A stretch of DNA of 64,000 nucleotides from Ascidiella aspersa (GCA_963924565.1 OZ004609.1:24552001-24616000), one strand, 5' to 3'; counted from the stretch's first letter, positions 13,472 through 27,200 are shown. A program made the numbers and translations. Notes: a model not told the origin generated them from the letters alone.

Positions 13472-13689
13472 GTGGGGGCGTTCGACGCCGAGTTGATCTC
13501 GAACTTTCTGCCTTGCTGAAGCTCGCTGGCCATCGCCATTGAAGAAGGGCTTGCCTGTGATCCCGGAGAAACGAGGTTGTTTAGTTCGTCCCTGGGCTCT
13601 TGCGCCCTGTTATTGTTATCGTTGTAAGCCGGTCGGTTGCTGTTGCTATCTTCGACAAGCTGCTGGTTGTCAACTAGTCCGTGGTGAAA
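13472..13689 (-). CDS. Candidate upstream beta-spectrin exon (N-terminal extension; ATGs at 13539 and 13533)
   Basis: Strong acceptor tctcctttgtctcccgcag and donor AC|gtaagt. 218 nt, open throughout (FHHGLVDNQQ...SSMAMASELQQGRKFEINSASNAPT). The phase-2 end fits the phase-2 start of exon 11666-11835. Confidence 0.7.
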
Positions 13690-14978
13690 CTGCGGGAGAC
13701 AAAGGAGACCTTGCAAAACGCTGGTAGTTTTATAACTTGTACGATTCACACACAACGATGACCCCCGCCCTTTTACACCATGTTAACACGGTGAAAGCAT
13801 CTCGCGGTGGAGTGACACAGTTGAGCGAATATGGTAAATCAATAAAAACGTGTTAGACAGAACTAAGAACAGGCAGAGGTAGTTTATACGACAAAATGCA
13901 CTTTTATATAAATGAAGTATTCGCACAACTAAATTTAGCGTTGAAGTGTTTTGTTCCCAATCAAACAAACTGACTTTAACCTTTCTATTGCTAAAAACGG
14001 GTACCTTTACCTTCATAAAAACGTTTGCTCTAATCCACATATAAAACAGGGAATCAGATATAATCTGAACCAAAACGTAAAAATCTACGCCTTTTTACAT
14101 GTTGTAAAAAACAAAGAGTCGTGAACATTGAACTAGCAAAAACAGAAATAAGCATGTGACATAGTTCGCCCGTTAAAAGAAGCAGATTGATTTTGTCGTA
14201 ACTTGTATCCCCACATTGCCGTGTCCGAACCGAACGAAACAACAGTATGCCACCATGCAAACTTTATTTACACATAACAGTACATTTATATGCATCGTCA
14301 AAATAGCTGAAAAGCTCTTTAGTTGTATGCCGCTATCAAAATGACCCACAAAATTGGTGGAACGAGTCTGATACCATCATGATATATTTGCATGTGATAA
14401 ATCAAAATATCACGTCTTGTGGACAATTTAAGCAACTACCGCAATGGTTATATCCCGTGATAAAAGTATGGTTGCAAACGAGCAATGCCTGTTCTAGCTT
14501 GTATTTGTAAGCGTTATCTATGTATGTAATAAATATCCAGATTCTAAAATATTATTCTTATTGCCTTTGACAAGCCGAAATGTCAGGCAACGCGATGAAA
14601 ATTGAAAAATTAGAAATGAAGGGCCACTGCTAAGGCCAATAGCTTTAATGAGAACATTATTAAAGCCGGCTTGTTATAGCTTTGCATTGCAAATTTATCG
14701 AAAAACAACACTTGTTGCAGATCTATTCACTTTTAAAGGAAATATGTTCTACTAGAATAAATGCAGAGTTCGAATCGGGATTTCAGGGTCGAATTTTTGT
14801 GGCCAAAAAGTCATTCACAGTAACTTGGCTAAGTGAAAAAGTAACCTCGACGACCACAACTTTGGAAAGCCAAGTGTATAAAAAAAACAGCTTACTGAAT
14901 GCTTTTCACGCCCGAGCACCTCACAAAAGAAAAAACAATCTCGGGGCAATGTCTCAACGTTGAATGTCGATGGTTTAC

Positions 14979-15185
14979 CTCGGTTTGGTTTCGCTGGTGT
15001 GCGGCGTACTGGCTCACTCCGTCGGAAGAGGTGCGGACCTTGTAGTGGACAGTGGACTTATCGCCGCAGGACGTGAGTATCTCGGAACTACTGCGACTCC
15101 GACTTACAGTAGTATTCGACACCGAGGTGCTGTGGTAACGCTGGATTGACGACCGGGTCTCGATCACCTGATTGGTCAGTTCGAC
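14979..15185 (-). CDS. Candidate upstream beta-spectrin exon (Ser/Thr-rich)
   Basis: ctaacctttaaccccag acceptor with a branch-point-like ctaac, GAG|gtaaac donor. 207 nt = 69 open codons (VELTNQVIETRSSIQRYHSTSVS...AAHQRNQTE), phase 0 to 0, compatible with the 13689 acceptor. Confidence 0.55.
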
Positions 15186-15733
15186 CTGGGGTTAAAGGTT
15201 AGAGTTTTGAGCGACGAGGTTCTAGGTCTGCTGATTGTCAAACTGGCGGTGGTTTGGATATGGTTCACACTGAAATCTGTGGCAAGGACCGAAGTATATA
15301 ACTTTTGTTTTCAAATGATTCGACTTAATTTGCTTAAGAGCCATATGTTTTGCTTTTGTCGTTTGTCAATCTAAAACTTTTCAGTATGATTTACTATTCT
15401 TCTATTAGCTTGTTTTTTTTCGTGATTTGGAATGGAAGTTGACTTAATTTTTTTGCAAATGACTTAAACTTGAAGTGATTTTAAAATATCTCGTCTACAA
15501 AAATACTTCTTTCAATGTTTTGTACGATTATTTGCGAACGTGTTTTTATTGTATCAGAAATAGGATTGCTAAGTAATGAACATTTATTTAAGAATCGTAT
15601 GTACTTAACAATGTAAATAGCGACAAATCGAAGTTGTATCGCTGTAAAGTAGTTAAATAGGCCAAACTATATATTGTAAAACAACCGAAGCGTAACGAAA
15701 TAACACTACATTAACGTGCGCATAGAAGCATAC

Positions 15734-15841
15734 CGTGTGATAAATGGGATTCAGTGGCTGTATCTCTTCAAATGCTGGTGTTACATCGTAATTCCCATGA
15801 GGATTTCCTTCGTTATCCAGCGGCCTGTGCTGCACTTGTTC
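15734..15841 (-). CDS. Candidate upstream beta-spectrin exon
   Basis: cttccttgcag acceptor, ACG|gtatgc donor, 108 nt (EQVQHRPLDNEGNPHGNYDVTPAFEEIQPLNPIYHT), phase 0 to 0. The frame stays open to a second in-phase tag acceptor giving an exon start at 15928. Confidence 0.5.
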
Positions 15842-17765
15842 CTGCAAGGAAGCGCGAACAACAGGTGTTACTGGAAGGGTAAATCGAATTCCAGCGAGTT
15901 TGACCCTCCCTTGAGCCTGTGAGCTTGCCTATTCAGACGCATGGAATGTTTATATTTATTTTCTATATCCAACGAAAAACCGAATAAGTAAATTTAAACT
16001 GCCCACAATGTAATGCTCATTGTGCTGTTTGCAGTACTAAAGTGTTTTTTCTTGTTGTTGTTACGGCAATGTATTCTCTGCCGCATATCTACCTATACTT
16101 GCCAGTCTAGAAGTAATTCCAAAATGTGCGCGAACACCTATTGACTGTGGCAACATGGGGATGCAGACATTCATGCCCGACAAGGCGTACAACAGGAAAC
16201 GCTTTGTTAGTTTTATTTTACAACTACAAAAATTGGGAAGAAATACATATTTGCTGTTTTTTGCGCCTTATTTTCGACACGTAAAATAGGTGAGGTTAGT
16301 TAGGCTTTTTATAATGGCAACTAATGTTATGCGCTACACGAAATCCAATAACTTTTATAAAAAACGTGTAAACAACCTAAAAAAATTAACAAAAGCTTTT
16401 TTGAACTTTGCCCTTGATCTGACATCTATAAGAGAAGCCAGATTAAAGCATCAATGAGCGCATCTATTAAGCGCAATTGTTGCCAATGGGAGCTTCTAGG
16501 CATTTACAACAAGAATCGAGGTTAATATCGCGTTTGGTTGGAGCGCCGCGCCACGCAAATCCGTCACAATCAGATCGGCGGCGCGTGACGAAATAGGGCC
16601 TTGAGACGCTCGGGACCGCGTTGGCAAGGCTTTTGTCGGCAAACCGCCATAACCAGCAGGCAAACATTGTGAACGCCCCGTAGAACAAGCGCGCACAAGA
16701 TTTATACTTTTTGAGTATGGACGGCAGTTGTTTAACACCCTTGCAGAATACTGGCCTGAATACCCGACTTTTAATGCTAGATAAGGGAAAGAGTCATTTT
16801 AGTGTTAATGGTAAGATGTCATTACAACACATAACAAAACAATAACCATTATCGAAAAGGTGTTCGGTTTGCTGGTCGCGTTACTTGAGGCGCCACTTAC
16901 AATCTTTGCGTGCGCCTCGACGTCAAACAAGTTGTGCCTTTACAAATGGGCCAATCAACCTATTGTCTGGATTGTATCAGTTTAGGCGGGACAACACGCG
17001 CAACATAGCAATGTTACAGTGAAATGCCGTGGGAAGTGAATGACAAAAGAAAATACACATTTAGGGTGAGGCGGGAGAAACTTGGTTCGAGCTATATATA
17101 CTGTAAAAAAAAGTCTAGTTATATACACAAAAGAGTGGTTTACTGCAATTCCTGCTGAAAACCAGGTAACGCTCTCCCTGCTAAACAATCGCTACAAACC
17201 GACGTAACAGCTTGGGTGAATAGTTTTGCCTTGTCGTGCCGACTAAATTATATACGAAGATATGTCTATTAATTGAACAACCTTAAAACGTGAAACACGA
17301 CAATTAGTAGTCACACACGTCGATTACAGCCAATGCGCGCCGGGACCCAATCAGTCGTTCTATATTTGCCCCAGAACGAGGGCCACTTGAATGGATTGGA
17401 ACGGCACGAGATATTTCCCGAGCGACGAACTGAGCTGCGTTGTAAATTCTAACTCAAGGGGGAGCAGTTTGGAAAATTAGCCCTTATTGGATAACAGTTG
17501 GTAATCACAAGTCGCGCAAAGACCGATTGGTGACCCAATTTTTGGTCCACAGCTTCTGTGTTGCTTTGTAAATGGGTTGCCGAAACCTTTTGACCAGTTA
17601 AAAATCGGTACAATAAAATACGAATAGATTACGTGATGTAAAGTTACGCGAGGTTATTTTCAGCTACATACAAACCATTTTTAGTTTTTATAAATCGTTT
17701 GTCAGCAGCATTTTTAACTTCTATTCCTAGAGTGAATGGGGATTATAGATAAATGAAGAATGCCT

Positions 17766-17807
17766 AATAGAAGGCATTTAAGAAACGTTTCTTAAATGCC
17801 TTCTATT
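17766..17807. repeat. Perfect 42-bp spacerless palindrome
   Basis: aatagaaggcatttaagaaac followed directly by its exact reverse complement gtttcttaaatgccttctatt. Confidence 0.95.
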
Positions 17808-20800
17808 GAACAAAAGTATAAGATGGATTTTAATAGGCAGTAATATGCCAGCTAAAGGGAATGCTTATCAAAACGGATTTTTGCATTTTAGCGCATTGAC
17901 ATTATCAATATTATTTCCTTCATATAAAATGTTGAGAGCGGTGAAGGTAATTTGTTTCGCTCTTCCAGTAACGACAAAACAAACTAGATCTACTAATTGG
18001 TGACGTAACAAAAAGCGAGAGTTTAACAGAGGTCAAGAAGGGACACGAGCAATTCCTTGGCAGATTGTTGCAACAACTGTTCGGGGATACGCGAAGGGTG
18101 TATCACTGTAATAAGGGAATCGTCCCAAGCTCGTCGTGTCACACTTTAACTCAAAAAGCAAATAAAAAAGCTTAGAAGGTGGAAAAGCCGAATTTTCAGC
18201 GACAAATGAAGTCAGTTTACTGAACGTCTACAACGGCGAAAAAATCTATTAGCATATTGCGGTGCTACGTTGCTTTTAGGTTGAAGGCTAGTAGCGCAGG
18301 CATCTAAAATTATTTTTAATGCTAGCGTCGCAATCGACCAGTTAAAACCAAAGGTGATGTTTTATTAAACCCGGATTCCATTTTTTTGTCGAATAGCACG
18401 TTATTAACTTTTAATTGGCTTTAAAAAACGATAGTAATAAGCCAAAAACTTGGAAAAGCAAAAGAATGTGCCCTTTGTAGGTGGTTCGTTTGCCTGCCCG
18501 AGTTTGACAATGTATTTTCTTAGTTGCGTTGACGAGTCACGCAATTGGACAAGCAGGGCGAAAACGCATTAGGAAAACTAGGCTACTTCTTCCTATCGAT
18601 CAAAAGGGAAATCATGCCCAAGTACTGCGCGAAGTGTGTTGGCTGCTGAGCCATGGCTGGGATGCGCTGCATTAATTATTTAGTCAGCAAATGCCCGAGA
18701 CTACAGAGAAACTAAAACTGTATATACAGTACCTGCCTCTGTATGTTGGTGCTAGTGTTCCACAGTTATGTTTAATAAGCTTTAATTCCCTCTATGCTAT
18801 GAATTTAATGCCAAATCAAATGCTTTTCTATATAAATATTTGCACACAAGCTGGTTTATTTAAAAAGACTGGCCCCGTTGAAATAAATTTGGACATTTTA
18901 AGAAAAATGTTTTCCCAATATAAGCCTTCTACAGCCTTACATTAGTAATACCTAGCTTTTATAGATAAAAGGTTTGGCTTTTCTATCCTGTCAATGAGAT
19001 ATTTCATAATTTACCATGCCAAACTACTAATGGTCGTTTTTATCCGGTTTATTTCATGGTTACAAAAAGTTAATCTTGCCATACCAGGATAGTATTGGTG
19101 CATTTGAAAATGTAAAAAATGGATACTCAATCTTAAGACAAACATTATTCTGGCCAACATTTTTTAACCTTGCAATTCATATAACCTTATCTCCAGAAAT
19201 TAAAATTATACCATGCGGGTTACAACAAAACAAACAACAAGAAAAAAACATCCTGTTGGCAGTTATATGGCCCACAGCATTTTCTGTACTACTGCAATGG
19301 ATACGAACAATATATTTTTTATGTGACTTGACATTTAAAAGCATCTGCATGTTACTACATTAAGCATCAAGCAATTACTTACAATTTTGGCGCTACAAGG
19401 ATCCATTGTTACCGACAGGAGGTCTAGACATTAACTAAATGGTTCACACACAGTATCACAGTATTTATGCTAATATATACTTTCATATTATGTTACTTTC
19501 AACACAAATAAAAAGTGGTTTTATTCAAAGCTTATAAATACAGATAATAATCTATTTTACAGTTACCACCTGTGTATAAAAGTTTTTTTTTAAATCAAAA
19601 TACTTACCTTTTAATTGTGTTATTACGATGTCAATCACAAATAGAGTGGTGTTTTATATTTGAAAATAATTGCTCTAAAAAAATAAAAAACTATCCATCA
19701 CCAACACATACAGTGTATATAGGTAAAATTAATATTGTTTTTTAGAATTATGCAGCTATTACAATTATTAAATTTGGTATTAAAAGCAGCAAAAAATGGA
19801 CCATTGTAATATTATAAACAAAATTTTAAAACAATTAGACATGACATACAATTCTCGCAATCTCCTAGGCAAGTTTGAAAATACGGTACTGGCTAAAGCA
19901 AACACTATTTTACCATTTGCTAAGTATGTACATTAACCACAATTCAAACAAGAGAAGGCGGCACTTTAAAAAGAAAGCGGCTGCTTTACAGGCAAGATGT
20001 TTGTATAGTCTGATTCATATCTAAGTTGCTCAGGGACTTTAACAATGTAATGTAATTAGTGATAAAAATTGTGAATGTTCACCAGTAAAATAATACTGCA
20101 AAAATTGTTGGTTTATTTTACAACTGACAACGTTTTTTTTGTCAAAAACACCACTTGACATTTTTACAAATACACAAAAAAACTCAATTATCACAAAACT
20201 TCAATCGTTTAATTTAAATGAGCTGAAACACAACCTAAGTTTTTGATCACTGCTCTTGGGAGGCTATTTTTGCAATTGCAGTAAAACATTAATTTATCTT
20301 CTTTTGTGAAATACGTAAATGTCCTTAAAATGTACTGCAGCCTAAGTACAACTTTAGCAAATGTCTAGCAGGAAGTTATAATATAAAAATAACTATTTTG
20401 TTCCCATGTTAAACATTGACACATTATAGAAAATCAAGTTCATCTTTAAACCGTTCCAGATTAAAATTAATGTAGTTTGTAAGTCGTCTAACTTTACATT
20501 TAAATAACAAATCATGCTATACTAAAGTTTTAAACTTTCTTTTGCGGACTCATAAATTACTTTTGAATGAGCCAAATCTTAACCACTTTTAAAACCTTCT
20601 CTTAGCACGCCGAAGTTTCGCTTCATGGATTGGAAGAACATCAGGGCATTCGAGGCACAAAACCGTCGCACAATGTTGGTAGTGGCTTTTGTACGATAGC
20701 GACCACTACCGGAAAACTTAATTCTAAACACATGTTAAGCTCTTTAATTTATTTCAAGTTTTTGCAAGTTTCATTGTGGTCTCATGTAAACCGACCGACC

Positions 20801-20984
20801 GTTAACATATAATCGACCCTGGTAATACGCTTCTTAGTTTTTAAACGGTGTCCAAATAATAAATTTTATCATGGGAACACACAATGAAACCTAAAAGGCA
20901 ATAATACCTAAATAAAGCAGAAAAATCTATAAAACCATAGTTTTAAGAACGACTTAATAAAGCCAAATACGTCGTATTATCCGC

Positions 20985-21402
20985 GACAGAATAAGAACTT
21001 AATCGTCTAAATAAGACATAAACCTGTCGGAATAAGTCCTAGATTCATCGGAATTAGGCCTAAAGGGCCAAAATAACGCCGTTTTTTTGGTCCGGTTTGT
21101 GGTTGTTGGTGAGTATAATGTGTGGGGTTATAATGTGTGGGGTTATTATAAAATCACTAACGGTTGAAATTATTAAGGGAGTTAGTTATGTACTTAGGGG
21201 TAAGGGTTTGGGTTAGGTAAAATGTTAAATAGGCCTGATTCGGGCCATTTGGTGTTATTCCGACAGGTTTAGGATTTATTCCGATTTCGATGGTACCGTA
21301 TTACGACTATTAGGTATTAGTCTTATTTTGGTCTTATTCTGAACTATGTATTTTATTCCGAATTTGATTTTGTTCTTTTTTCGGTCTTATGGCTGGAATC
21401 CA
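20985..21402. mobile_element. Foldback-like interspersed repeat, copy 1
   Basis: Inverted arms (aaacctgtcggaataa and ttattccgacaggttt) built of short ttattc/cggaataa modules around a gggtta-rich core. The right part aligns by eye with 24003-24230. Boundaries approximate. Confidence 0.65.
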
Positions 21403-22540
21403 TTATCATCTTATCCACTACTGTTGATGAATTTTAGTTTTGAAACATGTCGTTACGTAAATATCTCACAGTCACAACGCAATATCATACAAAACTAATC
21501 CGTTTGCTTTATTTATGGTTTTAATCCAAATATTCAAGTAACCCAGTTGTTTGCAACTTGTAAGCATATTCGCGAGTATTTGTTTTATTAAAACAATGAT
21601 TGCTTGCGCATAAGGCATAAACAAAATTCGGCGATTTTAATTTAATTTAGTAAAACTGTCAAGTAAATATGAGTTATCGTCGGAATACGCGACTTTTATC
21701 GTTATGAATAAAATGAATCTCCGCAAATATATTATCCAAATTAAGTTCGAAAAAAAATATTTCTTTTCAATTTCATTACAATGGGCGTTGGGCCTACTAT
21801 TTTTTTAGTAACTTTTGCATCACCTTTACGTGGTATTTACGTAAATCATATAATGGGCCGAGATGGATCCAGGGAACAGTGTTAAATCTACGTCATAATA
21901 GACTCTGTTTGGTCTACAATATCTATTGTTTCGTCACAGTAAGTAAAGTTCACTAGCATCAGGTGTCTGTTTTATACTGTTTGTTTGTTTTAGCATGGTT
22001 TTAAAACCATGGTAAAAGTAATACGTAAAAGTAAAGTAAAAAAAGGGTAAAACATAACATTGCCCAAATTCAGTATATATTTTAAATTCTGTAAAATGCC
22101 AAAGCAAATGCTCGAGAGCCAATTTTTTCAAATCAATGAATATACTGTTGCTGCCAGGCATTATATTAATTATAAAGAGGGTTCTTCCGACACTTATTTA
22201 TTCTGTACCGACGTTTCGATAACCTATCCAGGTAATCTTCATCAGGGCATACAAACTTGTAACCTTGCAGAGGTATATATACAGTGAAGAAAAAACGACG
22301 AAAAAACAAGGTGGCAAAACGAGGCGAAAAAAGGGAAACAAGGCGCGAATAACGAATCATTCATTTAAAAAACATGTGGTTGCATCCACAAGTTTGTGCT
22401 AAGTATGCCAAATTAAATGTTGCAGAGCAAACACTTCTTCAATTTCCGACTACATATTAAGTTAACGCTTTGTACCCTACTTGTTCACTGTTATCTCTGA
22501 GATGAATGAAAAACGCACCTTGCACATCATATCCATATAC

Positions 22541-23061
22541 CAGTGTTGTAATGACTTAAGTCAATGACTTGACTTAAGTCACTGTTTTTTAATGACTTGA
22601 CTTGACTTCAGTCTTTTGGGCAAAATGACTTGACTTGACTTAAGTCTTTTGGGCAAATGACTTGACTTGACTTAAGTCATTTGGTCTAATCACTTGGGTT
22701 AAAATAAATTATTTTAATTAGGCAATTATTTATAAAATTGCGTTATTTATCCCAATCTTTGCATATAAAACAATTTGCTTGTAATATGTTGCTTTTGTGT
22801 TATTTTTTTGCTTGAGTTGCTCATACTCTGAAGAGTTTGTCGGTTTTCATAATTTAAAGTTTTATTTTTTTTGACAAGGGCTGGACTTGAAGATGACTTG
22901 CTCTAACTATGACTTGACTGGGACTTGACTTGGGCAACCGATGACTTGGACTGGGACTTGACTTGTTATTTATGCAAAAAGACTTGACTTGGACTTAAGT
23001 TATTTTACGAATGACTTGACTGGGACTTAAGTCATTTCAAAATGACTTGTTTACAACACTG
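22541..23061. mobile_element. Intact hAT-type MITE, 521 bp
   Basis: Perfect 11-bp TIRs CAGTGTTGTAA/TTACAACACTG, perfect 8-bp TSD CCATATAC (22533-22540 and 23062-23069), and dense subterminal TGACT(T) arrays at both ends. Confidence 0.92.
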
Positions 23062-23552
23062 CCATATACTGTGAAATTTTGGCAATATTCCTTTTGGGAT
23101 TTTTTGGGGAGGAATAAGCATTGTTTAAGTCTTTAAGGGAGGATGCCAAAAACACTTTGAGAACCACTGCCATAGAGTGTCGTTAAATTTGCAATGCTGT
23201 TTATTCATCGGTTTGCAACATAACAATTTTTGTCAGTTTAAATTCTAGCAAAAGGCTCGGCATTGTGGCTCAGAGAACAATAGTGATCCTCTCCGTGGGC
23301 CACGATAGCCACCTCTACCCTAATGTGGTCTGTACATTCAAACGTCGCTCAGCGTTTCAACCAAACGCGCTTTAATGTCATCACGTTGATAGAATCCCTT
23401 GCGGTTGAGATAAGATAAATAGAAACAATGCAGAACATTTTTTTAACATATAAGCAAAGGTCGCTTGGTCAAATTTAAATACGATTATATCAAAATAAAT
23501 AGAATAGCCGATAAAAATGCGGTTTAGGCCTCCTGTCTGTATAACCACCGTA

Positions 23553-23558
<6 letters not shown>

Positions 23559-23626
<68 letters not shown>
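23559..23626. repeat. (CA)34 microsatellite
   Basis: Uninterrupted CA run of 68 nt. Confidence 0.98.
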
Positions 23627-23628
<2 letters not shown>

Positions 23629-23939
23629 CCAGGTGCCCAGCAATTGTCATCCTTATCTTATAAAAAAGATTGTTTATTTAAATCAGATTGATATGGGACA
23701 ACTGAAATTTATATTTGAAATTTAGCAAATTTTTGCATAATATACAGCAACTATACAAGTTTATTTAGCTTTAATGTGTATTTTATTCACCTTGGAAACG
23801 AGAACAAACGATATAGACAAAATAACGCGTTATACCGTAGGTAGCGGTTATTAACAATTGGGGTCCTTAGGTCTAGCATCGGCCGTTTTATTGGTGTCGA
23901 CGTTACGATATCCTAGTTTAACCGGCGCGTTTGGCACCG

Positions 23940-24230
23940 GATTTTTTGCCCCTGTTCGGGGTTAGTGGAGGGTATTGTGTAGGGTTAGAAATTGGGTTGG
24001 GCTTAAAATTATTAGGGGAGTAGTTGATATATTTTACGGATGGGGTTGGTAAAATGTTGTATAGGCCTTATTCTGACAATTTAGGTATTATTTCGACGGG
24101 TTTTGCACTTATATCGATTTATACGTTAAAACGACTATATTAGGCATTAGTCCTGTTTTGGTCCTATTTCGAAATGTCTTTGATTCCGACATTTATTTCG
24201 TTCTTATTTCGGTCTTATGGCTGGAGTCCC
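23940..24230. mobile_element. Foldback-like interspersed repeat, copy 2 (partial)
   Basis: Shares aaattatta.gggag, ggtaaaatgtt..ataggcct.attc, acgactat...attagtc.t.ttttggtc and ttcggtcttatggctgga.tcc, in the same order, with 21165-21402. Left boundary approximate. Confidence 0.7.
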
Positions 24231-27200
24231 TACAGAACTAAACCTTATGTTCACCAAAGTGTTTATTAAAATTGTTTTTTTTTGTTTTTTAATCAAAAAG
24301 CAATTCTTTTAAAAATAAAAGTGTTGGTTTTTTATTAGATAAAAGGGAAATTATTTTCCATAATGTTAAGACTCGGCACTCTCATTAACTCGTTAAAATG
24401 TAGGCTACTTTAGCAAATGGCCTCATGGCATACAGACACAATCGTCATTTGTGTTCAAGCCTGCAGATCGGAAATTCGTATTTTATTACCTTATCAGACT
24501 TCCCTATTTAGACGATTAAAGTTTTTCATACCAGGTGAGTTCCTTAAAAGTAAATTACAAAGGTTTTATATTTTTAAGTTCACTTTAATTGACTTAACGT
24601 TAATAAATCAAAGTGGCATAAATTCTACTGTGCAATTATATACATTATCTTGCAAGTCTAGAGCAAAGACAACCTTTCTTTTCTTAAGGTCTTTGTATAT
24701 ACAAAATAGCGATATAAAAAAATCTAAGATTTAACGTAAACCAAAATTAAATTACCTGTTTCAAAATTAAATTACCCTGACACCAAACGGCCCGCATTGT
24801 GCGAAAGAATATTTATTATTTAGTATACATAAGAAAATGTTAGTACTCTGCGCTAATGTAGGGGTGACCAAACTTTTTGACAAATGGACAGATAACTGTA
24901 AGAACTGGTGATCGCTGACCCTGCGGATTAAGCCCGGCTGGCGTTTGGTGGCCACTGCCCTATAATGACAAGGTGTTCATTTTTACTAAAAAATACCAGG
25001 TTACCAAAATTAGTGAAATGTTTTGTCAACTATTTACCAACTACCGTTACAAAGTATTCTACTGGCATTTAAGTCATTACTATGATAAATCTGGACACAT
25101 ATAAAGGCCATACACAATATTTGTTCAGCTTTAATGGCATTTCGCTGAATGTAACAGGATGAAAATCGATATTGATTAGGCTTACTTGCTACATGGATTT
25201 CCGCTAAAGACTGCTTTGACTTGCCAAGAATAATTAGAAATAAAATACTGGAATAATACTTCTTGAAAATAACTCTTTAAATAATATTTTATATGGAACG
25301 ATTAATTAAAGAAATTATATTAAAAACGAAAAGACGTATTGCAACTATATGCCCAAAATAGGATTCTTTATTTATAGACACTTAAAATCGTAATGTTTTA
25401 ACGGCTGGTATTCAAGATTTGATACATTTACGTATTGAGAAGTGGTTTCAGTAAATCATTTCGTTGGTTACCGGCATAAGATTAAAAATGATTGGGATCA
25501 TAATTTTTACGGTGAAAATTCTGCTTTAACATATTCCCTTTTTTTCACTTTTTGTTAAAACCCTGCCGTTTCGTATGGCTGTACACAATTTTAAAGGTTC
25601 CAAATGGCCTGGGATTCGGTATAGCAGCATTTCTCGCCCTCGGTTGTTGTTCGACGTAAACACTATAAGACTTTTCCTAAGACTTTCAATTTATGCCAAC
25701 AAGTCAAACTGCAGCACACGATTGACTTTGACACACATACAAAAAGTTCGGACACCCATATTGCCATTTTGAGGTATTTGTAGTGCTGATTATAAGATTT
25801 TCCGAAGATTTTTGGACAAAGACCAAAAAGTATGTAATGCAGATGGAACACCTGAGTCGCCCTACCTACACCAACTTCTCCCTGAGCGCCATTGATTGTG
25901 CTGTGTAGCCTACGCGCACATTCTTATCCCTTTTTATGCCTTCAAAAACTATTCAGCCCGGGTCCAGTGGCCCACTATATAACGCGATGCAACAAAAGCA
26001 GACTGTACTTTGCAGTCGCGTGAAGTGCACTCGAAACTGGTACGAACAATATCGACAATTCAGTAAGGGTTGGTTCCGAGCGAGTGAGCAGATAGCTGGA
26101 ATATTGTAGCGGTCGCGAAATTAAAGCTTGGTTGACTGCAAAATTGAAAGGCGGAAAAACGATTCGAGAAAAAAACGTTGGGTTAAAAGTTCCATAGATT
26201 TGCACGACATATACATTGGTAGAGTGAGCTATCGCTTTGGTAATTTGTTAAATTCAAAATTACCAAATGAATTATAATCCAGGATTGTTGTTTCAAGATA
26301 TACTGAAGTTTCTATTGCTCGACCTAACTCTTAAGTGATGCTATGAATAATTAATTTTAAATAAAACGATTTGATTTCTTCAACGGACTGCATTATTATC
26401 TATATGCGCTCTTCTAGAGAGAGTATAGCTATCAAAAGTTGGCATCCTACTGTTTCAAGTACAAAACTTGGATTATCTGTTATGACTTCTTGCCAATTAT
26501 TGTTATAATTAGCGATTTAAATCAATAATCTTGAAAGTAAGGCGCTTAAAGAATCTCTCTCACATAAAACAGAATATAGCAACGTTTTGCCGTTGGAAAG
26601 TATTACAGAAAAGAACCAAAACGTTTTCATCAACAGTATTTTTTTATAGCCTGTTATACAGTTTATCCAATTTTTCTCTTTAGTCCAAGAAAGTCTATAC
26701 TGTTTTTAGACCAGAGAGTTCGGGACAATGGAAGCATTTTGAGGTGAGCCACAAACCAAATTAAAAAATCTAGATTTGTTAAACAATTTAGTTTCGTTTG
26801 TGTCCCTATAGTTGATCTTTTAAGAATGATGTCTTGTGGAGAAATTGAGAAGGAATGTAAATGAAATGTGAAATTATTGTTCAGCAGCAAGAATCTCAAT
26901 AATGCACGGTTGAATAAATAATTTTTAACGGTTTAAAACCTGTTGATACTTGTTGCAAATCGATTCAAACATGTGCATGTAGTTGCTTAAAAGTGATCTG
27001 ACGGTGTCTTACAACGTCTAAATCTAAAGATTTTGTACCTCAAATCACATTACGTCATATCGATTTTTTCATTTTTTTGTGATATTGTGAGAGATCCTAA
27101 ATCAACTCAACCTGCAGCTTTGAAAATAATGTTGTCGATACCAACTAAATATTTTTGCTATTTTTTGCAAACTTGATCATTTTTTCGTATCGCATACCAT

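Noticed and set aside
19600-19660. Perfect minus-strand donor AAG|gtaagta in the spacer
   Set aside because: Flanking sequence is AT-rich with no ORF or paired acceptor. One consensus donor in 20 kb is expected by chance.
22550-23050. TGACTT arrays as a CRISPR-like or satellite array
   Set aside because: There is no repeat-spacer periodicity, the context is eukaryotic, and the arrays are bounded by TIRs and a TSD, so they are MITE subterminal repeats.
23381-23650. ORF with a poly-CV run
   Set aside because: It is a translation of the (CA)n microsatellite.
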